From an uncultured Phycisphaerales bacterium (GTDB taxonomy: Bacteria > Planctomycetota > Phycisphaerae > Sedimentisphaerales > Anaerobacaceae): a stretch of 64,000 nt of DNA. Below the pieces are notes generated by a model, which saw only the letters and a program-made list of their open reading frames with translations, was not told the origin of the DNA and made no database searches. The stretch is taken from the NCBI GenBank assembly GCA_963772725.1, contig CAVYYI010000001.1, positions 416,001 to 480,000 on the forward strand, in the 5' to 3' direction. A program made the position numbers and the translations under genes. Positions within the stretch are counted from its first letter, which is position 1, and each line of letters opens with the position of its first letter. Shown piece by piece: positions 24,850-34,207 of this stretch.

Positions 24850-25692
24850 ATGAAAACGTATTCTTTCGCAAAAAATGGTGTTCTCGCATTACTTATAACG
24901 GTCTTTCTGTTTGTCTCATCCTGTAAAAAGGCTCCTTCTGAGCCTAATAAACCTGCTGCTCCAGTATCTCCTCCGAAGCAGCAGCCTGCCGATGCCAACA
25001 GCAAAGCTAAAGCCGCTGAACCGTCTGAATCGCAGGCTGTGTCTCCGAAAACGGAGACAACCGAGGCCGCCTCATCTGTCCCTGCCGGCTGGGTACCGTT
25101 AAAAATCAACCTGCCAAAACCAATGTTTGTTGGTACTCCTTCGAGCTTTCAGAATGTAACCAATCTCGAAAAGCCGCGCCCTGCCGGTGTGGCACGTGCT
25201 CCATTTTATGCGCCGGCAGATATTACAAATGTTGCGGTGAAAAAACCCGTTTCGAGCAGTGAGAAGGAGCCTATCATAGGTGAGCTTGATATGGTTACCG
25301 ATGGTGACAAGGAAGCCACAGACGGCAGCTATGTTGAGTTGGGGCCGGGCAAGCAGTATGTTGCAATTGACCTCGAAGAAGAATATGAAATTTATGCCGT
25401 ATGTGTATGGCATTATCACAGCCAGGCAAGAGTGTTTTTCGATGTAATCGTTCAGACCGCCGATGACCCCGACTTTATCACCAATGTTCAGACCATTTTC
25501 AATAACGATAACGATAATTCCTGCGGTCAGGGTATCGGCAAGAACATGAGCTATGTCGAAACCAACGAAGGTAAACTTATCGACGCCAAGGGAGTTAAAG
25601 GCCGCTATGTCCGTCTCTATAGTAAAGGCAACAATGCCGATGATTTTAATTACTACACGGAAGTTGAAGTTTACGCCAAACCCGCAAAATGA
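24850..25692 (+). CDS. Lipoprotein with discoidin/F5-8 type C-like domain
   Basis: Lipobox VSSC; NVAVKKPVSSS, VTDGDK, IDLEEEY, GRYVRLYS..N..TEVEVY. Confidence 0.75.
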   Translation: MKTYSFAKNGVLALLITVFLFVSSCKKAPSEPNKPAAPVSPPKQQPADANSKAKAAEPSESQAVSPKTETTEAASSVPAGWVPLKINLPKPMFVGTPSSFQNVTNLEKPRPAGVARAPFYAPADITNVAVKKPVSSSEKEPIIGELDMVTDGDKEATDGSYVELGPGKQYVAIDLEEEYEIYAVCVWHYHSQARVFFDVIVQTADDPDFITNVQTIFNNDNDNSCGQGIGKNMSYVETNEGKLIDAKGVKGRYVRLYSKGNNADDFNYYTEVEVYAKPAK

Positions 25693-27338
25693 AACCTCAG
25701 CAAAAATGTTACGTCATAATTTTGGCCGTAACAGTTATTGCCGCAGCAATGCGTTTGCCGCAGCTCACGCTGCGCCCTATGCATTGCGATGAGGCTGTTC
25801 ACGCGGTAAAATTTGGCGCATTGCTCAATGAGCATTTTTACCGTTACGATAAAAATGAATACCACGGCCCGACGTTAAACTATTTCACTCTCATACCAGC
25901 GTGGATTTCCAACTGCAAAAATATTACAGATGTCAATGAAGCTGCCTTGCGGATTGTTCCGGTTTTTTTCGGCATGATGCTTGTACTTTTGTTTTTGCTG
26001 ATAACAGATGGTCTTGGCCGCAATGCCGTTATTTTTGCTGCGATTTTTACGGCTCTCTCACCAGCCTTTGTTTATTACAGCCGGTATTATATCCAGGAAA
26101 CGCTTCTTGTCTGTTTCACATTCGGGGTGATTGTCTGCGGCTGGCGATACACCCAAAATAGGAAAGTTCTATGGGCATTATGTGCCGGAATCTTTCTCGG
26201 CCTTATGTTCGCTACGAAGGAAACATCTCTCATCGCGTTTATATCGCTTGGATTAGCGATTATATTAACTGTGGTTACTAACCGCGGTCTTATTACCCAA
26301 TTAAAAATCAAACCTGGACATCTGATTTTAGCTATAGCCGCCGCTGCGATAGTTTCATCGGCTTTTTACTCATCATTTTTCACCAATCCTCGCGGCATCA
26401 TTGATTCGCTGCTTACCTACGAAACATATTTTGGCCGTGCCGCGCAGAACCAGAATCATTTTCATCCTTGGTATTACTACCTCAAAATCCTTATCTGTAA
26501 TAAATCCGCTTCAGGTCAGGTTTGGACTGAAGCTCTTATTGTTGTTTTGGCCTTATTCGGTTTTCTGACCGCCATAGTGAATACCTGTTGTGGAAGTAGT
26601 TTTTTGTCATTCCCGCGAAAGCTGGAATCCAGTTCTTTACAATGGATACCTGCTTTCGCAGGTATGACATCTGGCGTTAATTCTAATCTGCTGAGGTTTT
26701 TGGCGTTTTACACTGTTATAATGACAGTAACATACTCTGCGATTCCATACAAAACTCCATGGTGCCTGCTCGGCTTTCTGCAAGGAATGATTCTGCTTGC
26801 CGGCATCGGTGCCGCGACAATATTAACATTTTTTAAAAGCCGTTTCGTCCAAACTGTTGCTTTTTTGCTTTTGCTCGCCGGTGTCTTTAATCTTGCGAGG
26901 CAGTCATATCTCGGCAGTTTCAAATATTACGCCGACCCTGATAATCCCTATGTCTATGCACATACGACAAATGATATATTCACAATAACCCGGAGAGTTG
27001 AGCAAATAGCCTCCGCCTATCCGGCAGGCCGCAAAATCTATATCGAGGTTATTTGTCCCGAAGCTGACTATTGGCCTCTTCCCTGGTATCTTCGCTCTTT
27101 TCCGAACATCGGTTGGTGGAACAAGGTTGACGACAAAGTTCCCGCCGCTCCGCTCATTATCGCTTCACCAAAAGTTTATGATGCTCTTATGAAAAAACTT
27201 TATGAGCTGCCTCCGCCGGGTGAGCGTAATTTGTATGTTCCTCTTTTCGACAGGCCTGTTTATCTGCGTCCCAATGTTGAATTAATAGGCCTGGTAACTA
27301 AAGACCTCTCGGACAGCTTTCTGCAGGAGAAGAAATGA
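25689..27338 (+). CDS. GT-C fold membrane glycosyltransferase (TIGR03663/Agl23-like)
   Basis: RPMHCDEAVH, YHGPTL, YYSRYYIQE, KET, IPYKTPW, YWPLPWYLR. Confidence 0.8.
   Translation: MKPQQKCYVIILAVTVIAAAMRLPQLTLRPMHCDEAVHAVKFGALLNEHFYRYDKNEYHGPTLNYFTLIPAWISNCKNITDVNEAALRIVPVFFGMMLVLLFLLITDGLGRNAVIFAAIFTALSPAFVYYSRYYIQETLLVCFTFGVIVCGWRYTQNRKVLWALCAGIFLGLMFATKETSLIAFISLGLAIILTVVTNRGLITQLKIKPGHLILAIAAAAIVSSAFYSSFFTNPRGIIDSLLTYETYFGRAAQNQNHFHPWYYYLKILICNKSASGQVWTEALIVVLALFGFLTAIVNTCCGSSFLSFPRKLESSSLQWIPAFAGMTSGVNSNLLRFLAFYTVIMTVTYSAIPYKTPWCLLGFLQGMILLAGIGAATILTFFKSRFVQTVAFLLLLAGVFNLARQSYLGSFKYYADPDNPYVYAHTTNDIFTITRRVEQIASAYPAGRKIYIEVICPEADYWPLPWYLRSFPNIGWWNKVDDKVPAAPLIIASPKVYDALMKKLYELPPPGERNLYVPLFDRPVYLRPNVELIGLVTKDLSDSFLQEKK
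26605..26669. repeat. Paired REP/RPE-like palindromic element inside the CDS
   Basis: tgtcattcccgcgaaagctggaatcca...tggatacctgctttcgcaggtatgaca; same family as 7837-7863. Confidence 0.85.
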
Positions 27339-28321
27339 CCCAAGGCAGAACTGATAGTCCGATTGTAAACAGCGAAACAGCTTCAATCCCGGAACTGAAA
27401 AAATTTTCGCACAACGCGATGGCGTCTTTTTTTGAAATCTTTATTTTACACAAAGACGCCTTATATGCTCAGCAGGCCGCGTATGCCGCTTTCAATGAAC
27501 TCGACAAACTCGAACAGGAACTCAGCAGGTATATCGAAAACAGCGATATTTCCCGCATAAATAATTTGCTGCCCAATCAGTCTCTTAAAATTGCCATTCC
27601 GACGTTCGAGTCTCTAGAGCTTTGCCAAAAGATGTATATTGAAACTGTCGGCGTTTTCGATGTTACTGTCGGCTCCTTAAAGGACTGCTGGCTTGGCAAA
27701 GATAAGACGCCGCTTAAACCAACAAAAAAGCAATTGGATTACGCCCGTGCGCATACCGGCTCAAAACTTTATAAACTCGACCACTCTGCACATTCCGTTG
27801 AGGTGCTGACTGATAATCTACAAATAGACCTCGGCGGTTTCGCCAAAGGTTACGCCGTCGATAAAATGGCTGAATTGCTCCTCGATTGGAATATTAATAC
27901 TGCCCTTATTAATGGCGGGTATAGTTCAGTTTTGGCACTTGGCACGCCGCCTCAAAAAAAAGGCTGGCCAGTTACCTTAAGCCATCCCCAAAATCCCAGA
28001 CAAATTCTCGCGTACTGTTATTTGAAAGACAACACTCTTAGCGGCTCAGGTCTTGAAAAGGGACCTCATATCATCGACCCGCGAACCGGTCAGCCGGTCA
28101 AAAATAAGATTGCCGCGTGGTCTTGTGCGAAAACCGCTTCCGTCGCCGATGCCCTTTCCACTGCCTTTATGGTTATGTCTGAGGAGGAGATAAAACAATA
28201 CTGCCAAACCCATCCCGATATTTCCGCTGCCGTAATCATCGGCAAGCAGACCAGTAAAAACCCAAGCAAAAAAAACCTTTTTTACGGCAACTGGGAGAAT
28301 AAAGACAGTTTGCCAGCGTAA
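27335..28321 (+). CDS. apbE: FAD:protein FMN transferase
   Basis: SDISRIN, FDVTVG, DLGGFAKGYAVD, HIIDPRTG, ADALSTA. Confidence 0.92.
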   Translation: MTQGRTDSPIVNSETASIPELKKFSHNAMASFFEIFILHKDALYAQQAAYAAFNELDKLEQELSRYIENSDISRINNLLPNQSLKIAIPTFESLELCQKMYIETVGVFDVTVGSLKDCWLGKDKTPLKPTKKQLDYARAHTGSKLYKLDHSAHSVEVLTDNLQIDLGGFAKGYAVDKMAELLLDWNINTALINGGYSSVLALGTPPQKKGWPVTLSHPQNPRQILAYCYLKDNTLSGSGLEKGPHIIDPRTGQPVKNKIAAWSCAKTASVADALSTAFMVMSEEEIKQYCQTHPDISAAVIIGKQTSKNPSKKNLFYGNWENKDSLPA

Positions 28322-28472
28322 AAATACCTTTTAAAAACAACTTTTTTCAATTTTTCAAAAAACCGCTGTTTTCCGCTTGCAATTTCAGCGATAAGACTTT
28401 ATATTACTTTGTTTTACAAAGCCGGAGTATCGGCATATAAAAACTGAATTAGAACGATTAGGAGTGTATTTG

Positions 28473-28739
28473 ATGTCAAGAGTATGTTATTTTACCGGCA
28501 AAAAAACGGTATCGGGCAATAGTATTACTCGCCGCGGTAAGGCTAAGTATCTCGGCGGTGTTGGTAGGAAAATTACCGGTATTAACAAAAGAAAGTTTAA
28601 GCCTAATATTCAGAAGGTTCATGCCGTTATCGACGGAAAGGTATGCAGAATAAGGGTTTCCGCCAAGGCAATTCGAATGGGCCTTGTTCAAAAGCCGCTT
28701 AAGCGAAATTACAAACCTGCTGAAACCGTGGTCAGCTAA
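28473..28739 (+). CDS. rpmB: 50S ribosomal protein L28
   Basis: MSRVCYFTGKK..GN..RRG...RKFKPNIQ; SD aggag. Confidence 0.95.
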   Translation: MSRVCYFTGKKTVSGNSITRRGKAKYLGGVGRKITGINKRKFKPNIQKVHAVIDGKVCRIRVSAKAIRMGLVQKPLKRNYKPAETVVS

Positions 28740-28767
28740 ACAAGCTTTTTTTGTTAAAACTTTTTAT

Positions 28768-28797
28768 AGCGAGGCGGCTTGTCCCTCCTCGCTTTTT
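28768..28797 (+). terminator. Probable intrinsic terminator after rpmB
   Basis: agcgagg / cctcgct stem followed by a T run. Confidence 0.6.
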
Positions 28798-28818
28798 ATT
28801 TTTTGATAGAGGTCGAAA

Positions 28819-29127
28819 ATGGATAAAAAAATCGACCATGCACAGGTAAAAAAGGTCGCAAAACTCTCTCGGTTGGATTTGACTGATGCCGAAATTACTG
28901 AATTTACCGGCCAGCTAAGTGCGATACTCGGCTATGTTGAGAAACTCAACGAACTCAACACCGACAACGTTGAGCCTCTGGCTCATTGTCTTGCGATTAG
29001 TAACGTTTTCCGTGACGACGTCGCCAAAGAATCGCTCGGAACCCAAAAAACCCTTGCCAACGCTCCCCAGCGTGACGGTGATTTCTTCAAGGTTCCCAAA
29101 ATACTCGATGATAGTTCAGGTGCTTAA
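28819..29127 (+). CDS. gatC: Asp/Glu-tRNA amidotransferase subunit C
   Basis: VAKLSRL, VEPLAH, RDD, NAP..FFKVPKI. Confidence 0.95.
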   Translation: MDKKIDHAQVKKVAKLSRLDLTDAEITEFTGQLSAILGYVEKLNELNTDNVEPLAHCLAISNVFRDDVAKESLGTQKTLANAPQRDGDFFKVPKILDDSSGA

Positions 29128-29130
29128 TTT

Positions 29131-30615
29131 ATGTCCAATGACCTGTTGAATATGAATTGCAAAGAATTGCGGGACGGCATCGCCTCGGGGCAAATTAAAA
29201 GTCTCGATGTCGCCAAAGCTGTTTTTGACGCTATTGAAAAACACGAACCTGTTATCGGCTCCTATATCAGCACATTTAAAGAAATGGCTATTGCCAAAGC
29301 GACGGAAATCGACTCAAAAATTGCCGCAGGCAAACCGGCAGGAGCCTTGGCCGGTGTACCCGTGGCAGTGAAAGATAATATGTGCACCACTTTTGGCGTT
29401 ACCACCTGCGCATCAAAAATACTCGAAAACTTTCACTCGCCTTACAATGCGACTGTCGTCGATAAGCTTCTTGCTGCCGATGCTGTAATCGTCGGCAAGA
29501 CAAATATGGACGAATTCGCCATGGGTTCAAGCACCGAAAATTCAGGCCTGAAAAGAACGGTAAACCCCTGGGATACCACCCGTGTTCCGGGAGGCAGCAG
29601 CGGCGGTTCGGCAGCGGCGGCAGCAGGGCGATTGTGCTTTGCGGCTCTTGGCTCAGATACGGGCGGGTCTATTCGTTTGCCTGCCGGTTTTTGCGGTGTT
29701 GTCGGCCTCAAGCCCACTTACGGCAGGGTATCTCGGTACGGGCTTGTTGCTTACGGCTCCAGTCTCGACCAGATTGGCCCTTTTGCCAGAACCGTAACAG
29801 ATTGTGCCTTGATGATGAACGTTATCGCTGGACACGACCCTGCTGACAGTACAAGCGTTGATGACAAAACCGCTCCCGTACCCGATTACCTTGAAAAAAT
29901 TGATGAGCCGCTTACCGATTTAAAAGTTGCTGTTGTCCCGCGTTTTACCGCTGGCGCCGATGAGCCGATACAAAAAGCTCTCGCTGATGCGATAAACCTG
30001 TATAAAGATTACGGCGCAAAAATCACGGAAGTGGATATGCCGCATCTTGACTATGCCATTGCCGCTTATTATATAATCGCTACCGCAGAAGCATCAAGCA
30101 ACCTGGCCCGTTATGACGGTGTGCATTACGGCCATCGCACCGCCAATCCGAAAGATTATATTGAGGTGTACTCAAAATCCAGAGCTGAAGGTTTCGGCAA
30201 GGAAGTCAAAAGACGCATAATGCTCGGCACTTATGTACTGTCCAGCGGCTACTATGATGCCTATTATCTAAAAGCTCTCAAAGCAAGAAATCTTATTCGC
30301 GATGATTTTAGTAAAGTCTTTGAAAAATGCGACTGCATCATTATGCCTGTTGCCCCAACCACGGCGTTTAAGATTGGCGAAAAAACCGACGACCCCTTAA
30401 AAATGTATCTGTCCGATATTTACACAATCGCCGCCAATCTCGCTGGTATTCCCGCGATAAGTATCCCTGCCGGCTTTGACAATAACAATCTTCCTATCGG
30501 CCTCCAGATAATTGCCCCGGCTTTTCAGGAACAAAAGCTTTTACGAATTTCGAGAATGTTTGAAAGTCAAACAGACTTCCATAAACGATATCTACGAATA
30601 ATGAATAATATATGA
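29131..30615 (+). CDS. gatA: Asp/Glu-tRNA amidotransferase subunit A
   Basis: GKTNMDEFAMGSSTE, GGSSGGSAA, GSDTGGSIR, SSNLARYDG, RRIMLGTY. Confidence 0.98.
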   Translation: MSNDLLNMNCKELRDGIASGQIKSLDVAKAVFDAIEKHEPVIGSYISTFKEMAIAKATEIDSKIAAGKPAGALAGVPVAVKDNMCTTFGVTTCASKILENFHSPYNATVVDKLLAADAVIVGKTNMDEFAMGSSTENSGLKRTVNPWDTTRVPGGSSGGSAAAAAGRLCFAALGSDTGGSIRLPAGFCGVVGLKPTYGRVSRYGLVAYGSSLDQIGPFARTVTDCALMMNVIAGHDPADSTSVDDKTAPVPDYLEKIDEPLTDLKVAVVPRFTAGADEPIQKALADAINLYKDYGAKITEVDMPHLDYAIAAYYIIATAEASSNLARYDGVHYGHRTANPKDYIEVYSKSRAEGFGKEVKRRIMLGTYVLSSGYYDAYYLKALKARNLIRDDFSKVFEKCDCIIMPVAPTTAFKIGEKTDDPLKMYLSDIYTIAANLAGIPAISIPAGFDNNNLPIGLQIIAPAFQEQKLLRISRMFESQTDFHKRYLRIMNNI

Positions 30616-30656
30616 TTAACCACGAATGAACACAAATATTTTTGATTAGGCCTTAA

Positions 30657-31037
30657 ATGGATATTGATAAGAATATTATTTATAAAGAACTTTCTTATAA
30701 AATCACAGGATTAGCACTTGAAGTGCATAATGAACTTGGCTGTGGTTTTTTGGAGAAGGTATATGAAAATGCCATGATGACATTGCTCGACAGAGAAAAG
30801 ATACCAGCCAGACAACAGGCTCCGGCGGATGTTTATTTCCAGGGCAAAGTTATAGGCCAATATTTTGCGGATATTCTGGTAGATAACAAGTTAATACTTG
30901 AGCTAAAGACTGTAGATGCTATTACAAATGTTCATACAGCACAGGTATTAAATTATCTTCGGGCTACCGGAATTAAACTTGGACTAATTCTAAACTTTGC
31001 TAAACCGAATTTCGAATATAAGAGATTAGTTTTTTAA
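30657..31037 (+). CDS. GxxExxY protein (PD-(D/E)XK nuclease-like)
   Basis: LGCGFLEKVYENAM, ADILVDNKLILELK, AQVLNYL...GLILNF. Confidence 0.95.
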   Translation: MDIDKNIIYKELSYKITGLALEVHNELGCGFLEKVYENAMMTLLDREKIPARQQAPADVYFQGKVIGQYFADILVDNKLILELKTVDAITNVHTAQVLNYLRATGIKLGLILNFAKPNFEYKRLVF

Positions 31038-31047
31038 TTAACCACAA

Positions 31048-31974
31048 ATGAACACGAATAAACACAAATATCCTGTTCCAGAGGTGCAACATCCCGAAGG
31101 CGCGAAGTACCAGTTTAAAGAGTGGAAAAACATACTTGTGGGAGATGATAAACACTCAATTCGCAACCAAATCTGTTATATGATTTGGGATTGTGCCTTT
31201 TTCCAGTGCATAAATGAATCAAGAAGATATGCTGCCAAAGACGATAAAGGCAACATCAAACAGAATGTGATGGTGCATCTTTTTATAACTCAGTCTTTTT
31301 TCAAAACCCAACTGCTGTCAATAAGAAAACTTATGGATAAAGACTTCAATAGAGTACAACAAAATAAACCATATACGGTCTATTCCTTGTATAATCTAAT
31401 TGAAGATATAAAAAAAAATAGTTCATTATTGACCAGAAAGAATATCCTTGACGCACATGATTTGCCATATGATTACGAGGAAGCAGAGAAGCTTTTTGGG
31501 CAGAAAACAGGATATGTTGTTATGGGAGACGACCCAATAGAACTTTCCAAAGATTTTCATAGACGGATAGACTCTATGACAGGGGTAGCAGCTGACAAAA
31601 GAAGTCCTGATGACTTGGTTCCTAATAATATTCTTAAACAGTTTGATGACAAATTGGCAAGTATTGATGAATTATGCAAATATGTGGACAAATTTATTGC
31701 ACACTCTGCTACGCCTGAAAGCAGAAAAGTAATTCCCGACGAAATTGAGGGTGCCTTAGGCAAAGTTTTAAATACTCATAAAATTATATGTGAGACAGCA
31801 AGTTTTATAGGAAATAATTTGTTGTTTTGTGGTTTCGGTAATTTTTTATCTACCCCTCAATTCGACCAATTTGAATATCTTGACGAGCCTATAGCCTCAA
31901 AAGAAACCATAGAAAAATTACGGAAGTTTTGGGTAAGATATTATATGGAAACAAAGCAATGGGCAGTTGTATAG
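31048..31974 (+). CDS. Hypothetical protein, HEPN/AbiU2-like
   Basis: Mostly helical; IRKLMD...SLYNL and YVDKFIAH resemble HEPN AbiU2-type motifs. Confidence 0.5.
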   Translation: MNTNKHKYPVPEVQHPEGAKYQFKEWKNILVGDDKHSIRNQICYMIWDCAFFQCINESRRYAAKDDKGNIKQNVMVHLFITQSFFKTQLLSIRKLMDKDFNRVQQNKPYTVYSLYNLIEDIKKNSSLLTRKNILDAHDLPYDYEEAEKLFGQKTGYVVMGDDPIELSKDFHRRIDSMTGVAADKRSPDDLVPNNILKQFDDKLASIDELCKYVDKFIAHSATPESRKVIPDEIEGALGKVLNTHKIICETASFIGNNLLFCGFGNFLSTPQFDQFEYLDEPIASKETIEKLRKFWVRYYMETKQWAVV

Positions 31975-32037
31975 ATAATAATAAATTAGTGTTTATTAGT
32001 GTTCATTCGTGGTTAAATCAGTTGAATTGTGGTTATT

Positions 32038-33504
32038 ATGGTTGATATTGATTACAAAGTCATAGTAGGTTTGGAGATTCACGTTCAGTTGCGGACAAAA
32101 AGCAAAATGTTCTGCGGCTGTGAGCTGGAATTTGCCGCTGAACCCAACAGTCGCGTATGTCCCGTCTGTCTCGGTATGCCCGGCTCGCTGCCGGTGATGA
32201 ACAGGCAAGCCGTCGAATATGCCGCTCTGGCAGCGATGGCTCTCAACTGCAAGGTGGCCGCTTTTACAAAATGGGACAGAAAAAGTTATTATTATCCTGA
32301 CCTGCCCAAAAATTATCAGATAAGCCAGTATGATTTGCCTTTGGCGGAAAACGGCTTTATCGAAATACCTCTTGATTCAGGTCAAACCAAAAAAATCGGC
32401 ATTATAAGAGCGCACCTCGAAGAGGACGCCGGCAAAAATCTTCACTCAGCGGGCAATTTTTCGCAGGTCGATTTGAACCGTGCCGGTACACCATTGCTCG
32501 AAATCGTCACGAAACCTGATATGAACAGTGCCGCCGAAGTGCGCGCACTTGCGATTGAACTGCAAAAAATTGTGCGGTACCTCGGCGTTTCCGAAGCGGA
32601 TATGCAGAAAGGCCACATGCGTTTTGAGCCTAACATCAATCTGGTCATAACCAAAGACGGCAAACAATATAAAACGCCTATTGTCGAGGTAAAGAACCTT
32701 AACAGTTTCCGCGCTCTTGAAAGAAGCGTTGAATATGAAGTGCAGCGGCAGCTCAGCGACTTTATCGAAACCGGCAAAACCCTCGAACTTGGAAACAAAA
32801 GCACTCGCGGCTGGGATGACGTCAATCAGGTTACTGTCCTGCAGCGGGAAAAGGAAGAAGCCCACGATTACAGGTATTTCCCCGACCCAGACCTTGTTCC
32901 GGTCAAAACAAATGAACAATGGCTGAACTCTATTCGCGAAAAACTCTGTGAACTGCCCCTGCAAAAACAACTGCGATATGTCACCGACTATAAATTAAGC
33001 GACTATGATGCAGGCGTTCTCACCATCGAACGCCAAACCGCTGAATTTTTTGAACGTGCGGTCGAACTCGGCGGCGACCCGAAACGCCTCTGCAATATTA
33101 TTACTCAGGATATGTTGAAACTGGCAAACGAGAAAAATTGCAGCGTTACAGAATTAGGCATCACCCCGGAACAACTGGCGGAATTGTCGAAAATGATAAC
33201 AATAGGTAAAGTAAGTTCTACCGCTGCAACATCCATAACCGGCATAATGGTGTTGTCGCCTGGGCAGAGCCCTGAGCAGATAGCTCTTGAACATGATTTA
33301 TTGCAAAAAAGCGACGCCGGCGAATTGGAAACATTGGTTGACCAGGTTCTATCTGAGAATCCGCAAGCGGTTGAAGATATCAAAAACAATACCAAGAAAA
33401 GCCAAAAGGCCCGAATGTTTCTGCTTGGTCAGGTTATGCAAAAAACCAAAGGCAGGGCCAATCCAAAAGTTGTTGCTGAACTTTTTGATAAAAAACTCAG
33501 TTAA
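32038..33504 (+). CDS. gatB: Asp/Glu-tRNA amidotransferase subunit B
   Basis: GLEIHVQL, YYYPDLPKNYQISQ, HLEEDAGK, DYRYFPDPDL, GRANP. Confidence 0.98.
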   Translation: MVDIDYKVIVGLEIHVQLRTKSKMFCGCELEFAAEPNSRVCPVCLGMPGSLPVMNRQAVEYAALAAMALNCKVAAFTKWDRKSYYYPDLPKNYQISQYDLPLAENGFIEIPLDSGQTKKIGIIRAHLEEDAGKNLHSAGNFSQVDLNRAGTPLLEIVTKPDMNSAAEVRALAIELQKIVRYLGVSEADMQKGHMRFEPNINLVITKDGKQYKTPIVEVKNLNSFRALERSVEYEVQRQLSDFIETGKTLELGNKSTRGWDDVNQVTVLQREKEEAHDYRYFPDPDLVPVKTNEQWLNSIREKLCELPLQKQLRYVTDYKLSDYDAGVLTIERQTAEFFERAVELGGDPKRLCNIITQDMLKLANEKNCSVTELGITPEQLAELSKMITIGKVSSTAATSITGIMVLSPGQSPEQIALEHDLLQKSDAGELETLVDQVLSENPQAVEDIKNNTKKSQKARMFLLGQVMQKTKGRANPKVVAELFDKKLS

Positions 33505-33521
33505 TTTTATGCGGGAAAAAT

Positions 33522-34205
33522 ATGGCCAGGGGAACTGTACTTGTCGTTGATGATGAAGAAGATATAAGGGAGCTAATCGGGTTTCATCTCGGCAAAGAGG
33601 GATACCAGCTTCTTTTTGCCGAGAGCGGAGAAAAAGCTCTGGATGTAGCACAGGCCAAAATCCCCAGCCTCGTGATTCTCGATTTAATGCTGCCAGGTGT
33701 TGACGGCCTCGAAGTCTGTAAAAAACTAAAAGGCATTCCAAAAACCGAGCATATTCCTGTAATAATGCTTACCGCGAAAAGCGAAGAGGCGGATATTGTT
33801 ACGGGCCTGGAACTTGGGGCCGACGATTATGTTACCAAGCCTTTCAGCCCTAAAGTACTTGTCGCGAGGGTCCGGCGGCTTTTGCAGCGAAGCGTCGCCC
33901 GTGATTCGGATAAAGCCCCCGTTAAAGTTCACGAATTAACCATACACCCCGCCCGCCGGGAGGTTCTGATTAAAAACAAATCTGTTGAGCTTACTTTTAC
34001 GGAATTCAACATTCTTTATACACTGGCGAAAAGGCCTGGTATGGTCTTTTCCCGCTATCAGATTGTTGATTCCATTCACGGCGATGATTATTTAGTTACC
34101 GACCGGGCAATCGATGTTCAGATAGTTTCTCTGCGAAAAAAATTAGGCTCCTGCGGCAAACACATTGAGACAGTTCGCGGTGTTGGATATAGATTTAAGG
34201 ATTAA
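33522..34205 (+). CDS. phoB: OmpR/PhoB-family response regulator
   Basis: LDLMLP, GADDYVTKPFS, IETVRGVGY; lies upstream of the pst genes. Confidence 0.85.
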   Translation: MARGTVLVVDDEEDIRELIGFHLGKEGYQLLFAESGEKALDVAQAKIPSLVILDLMLPGVDGLEVCKKLKGIPKTEHIPVIMLTAKSEEADIVTGLELGADDYVTKPFSPKVLVARVRRLLQRSVARDSDKAPVKVHELTIHPARREVLIKNKSVELTFTEFNILYTLAKRPGMVFSRYQIVDSIHGDDYLVTDRAIDVQIVSLRKKLGSCGKHIETVRGVGYRFKD

Positions 34206-34207
34206 CG

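Larger units (their letters stand above)
30616..32016. mobile_element. Two-gene cassette bounded by perfect 18-bp inverted repeats, between gatA and gatB
   Basis: TTAACCACGAATGAACAC at 30616-30633 and its exact reverse complement at 31999-32016; internal near-copy at 31038; AT-rich interior. Confidence 0.7.
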
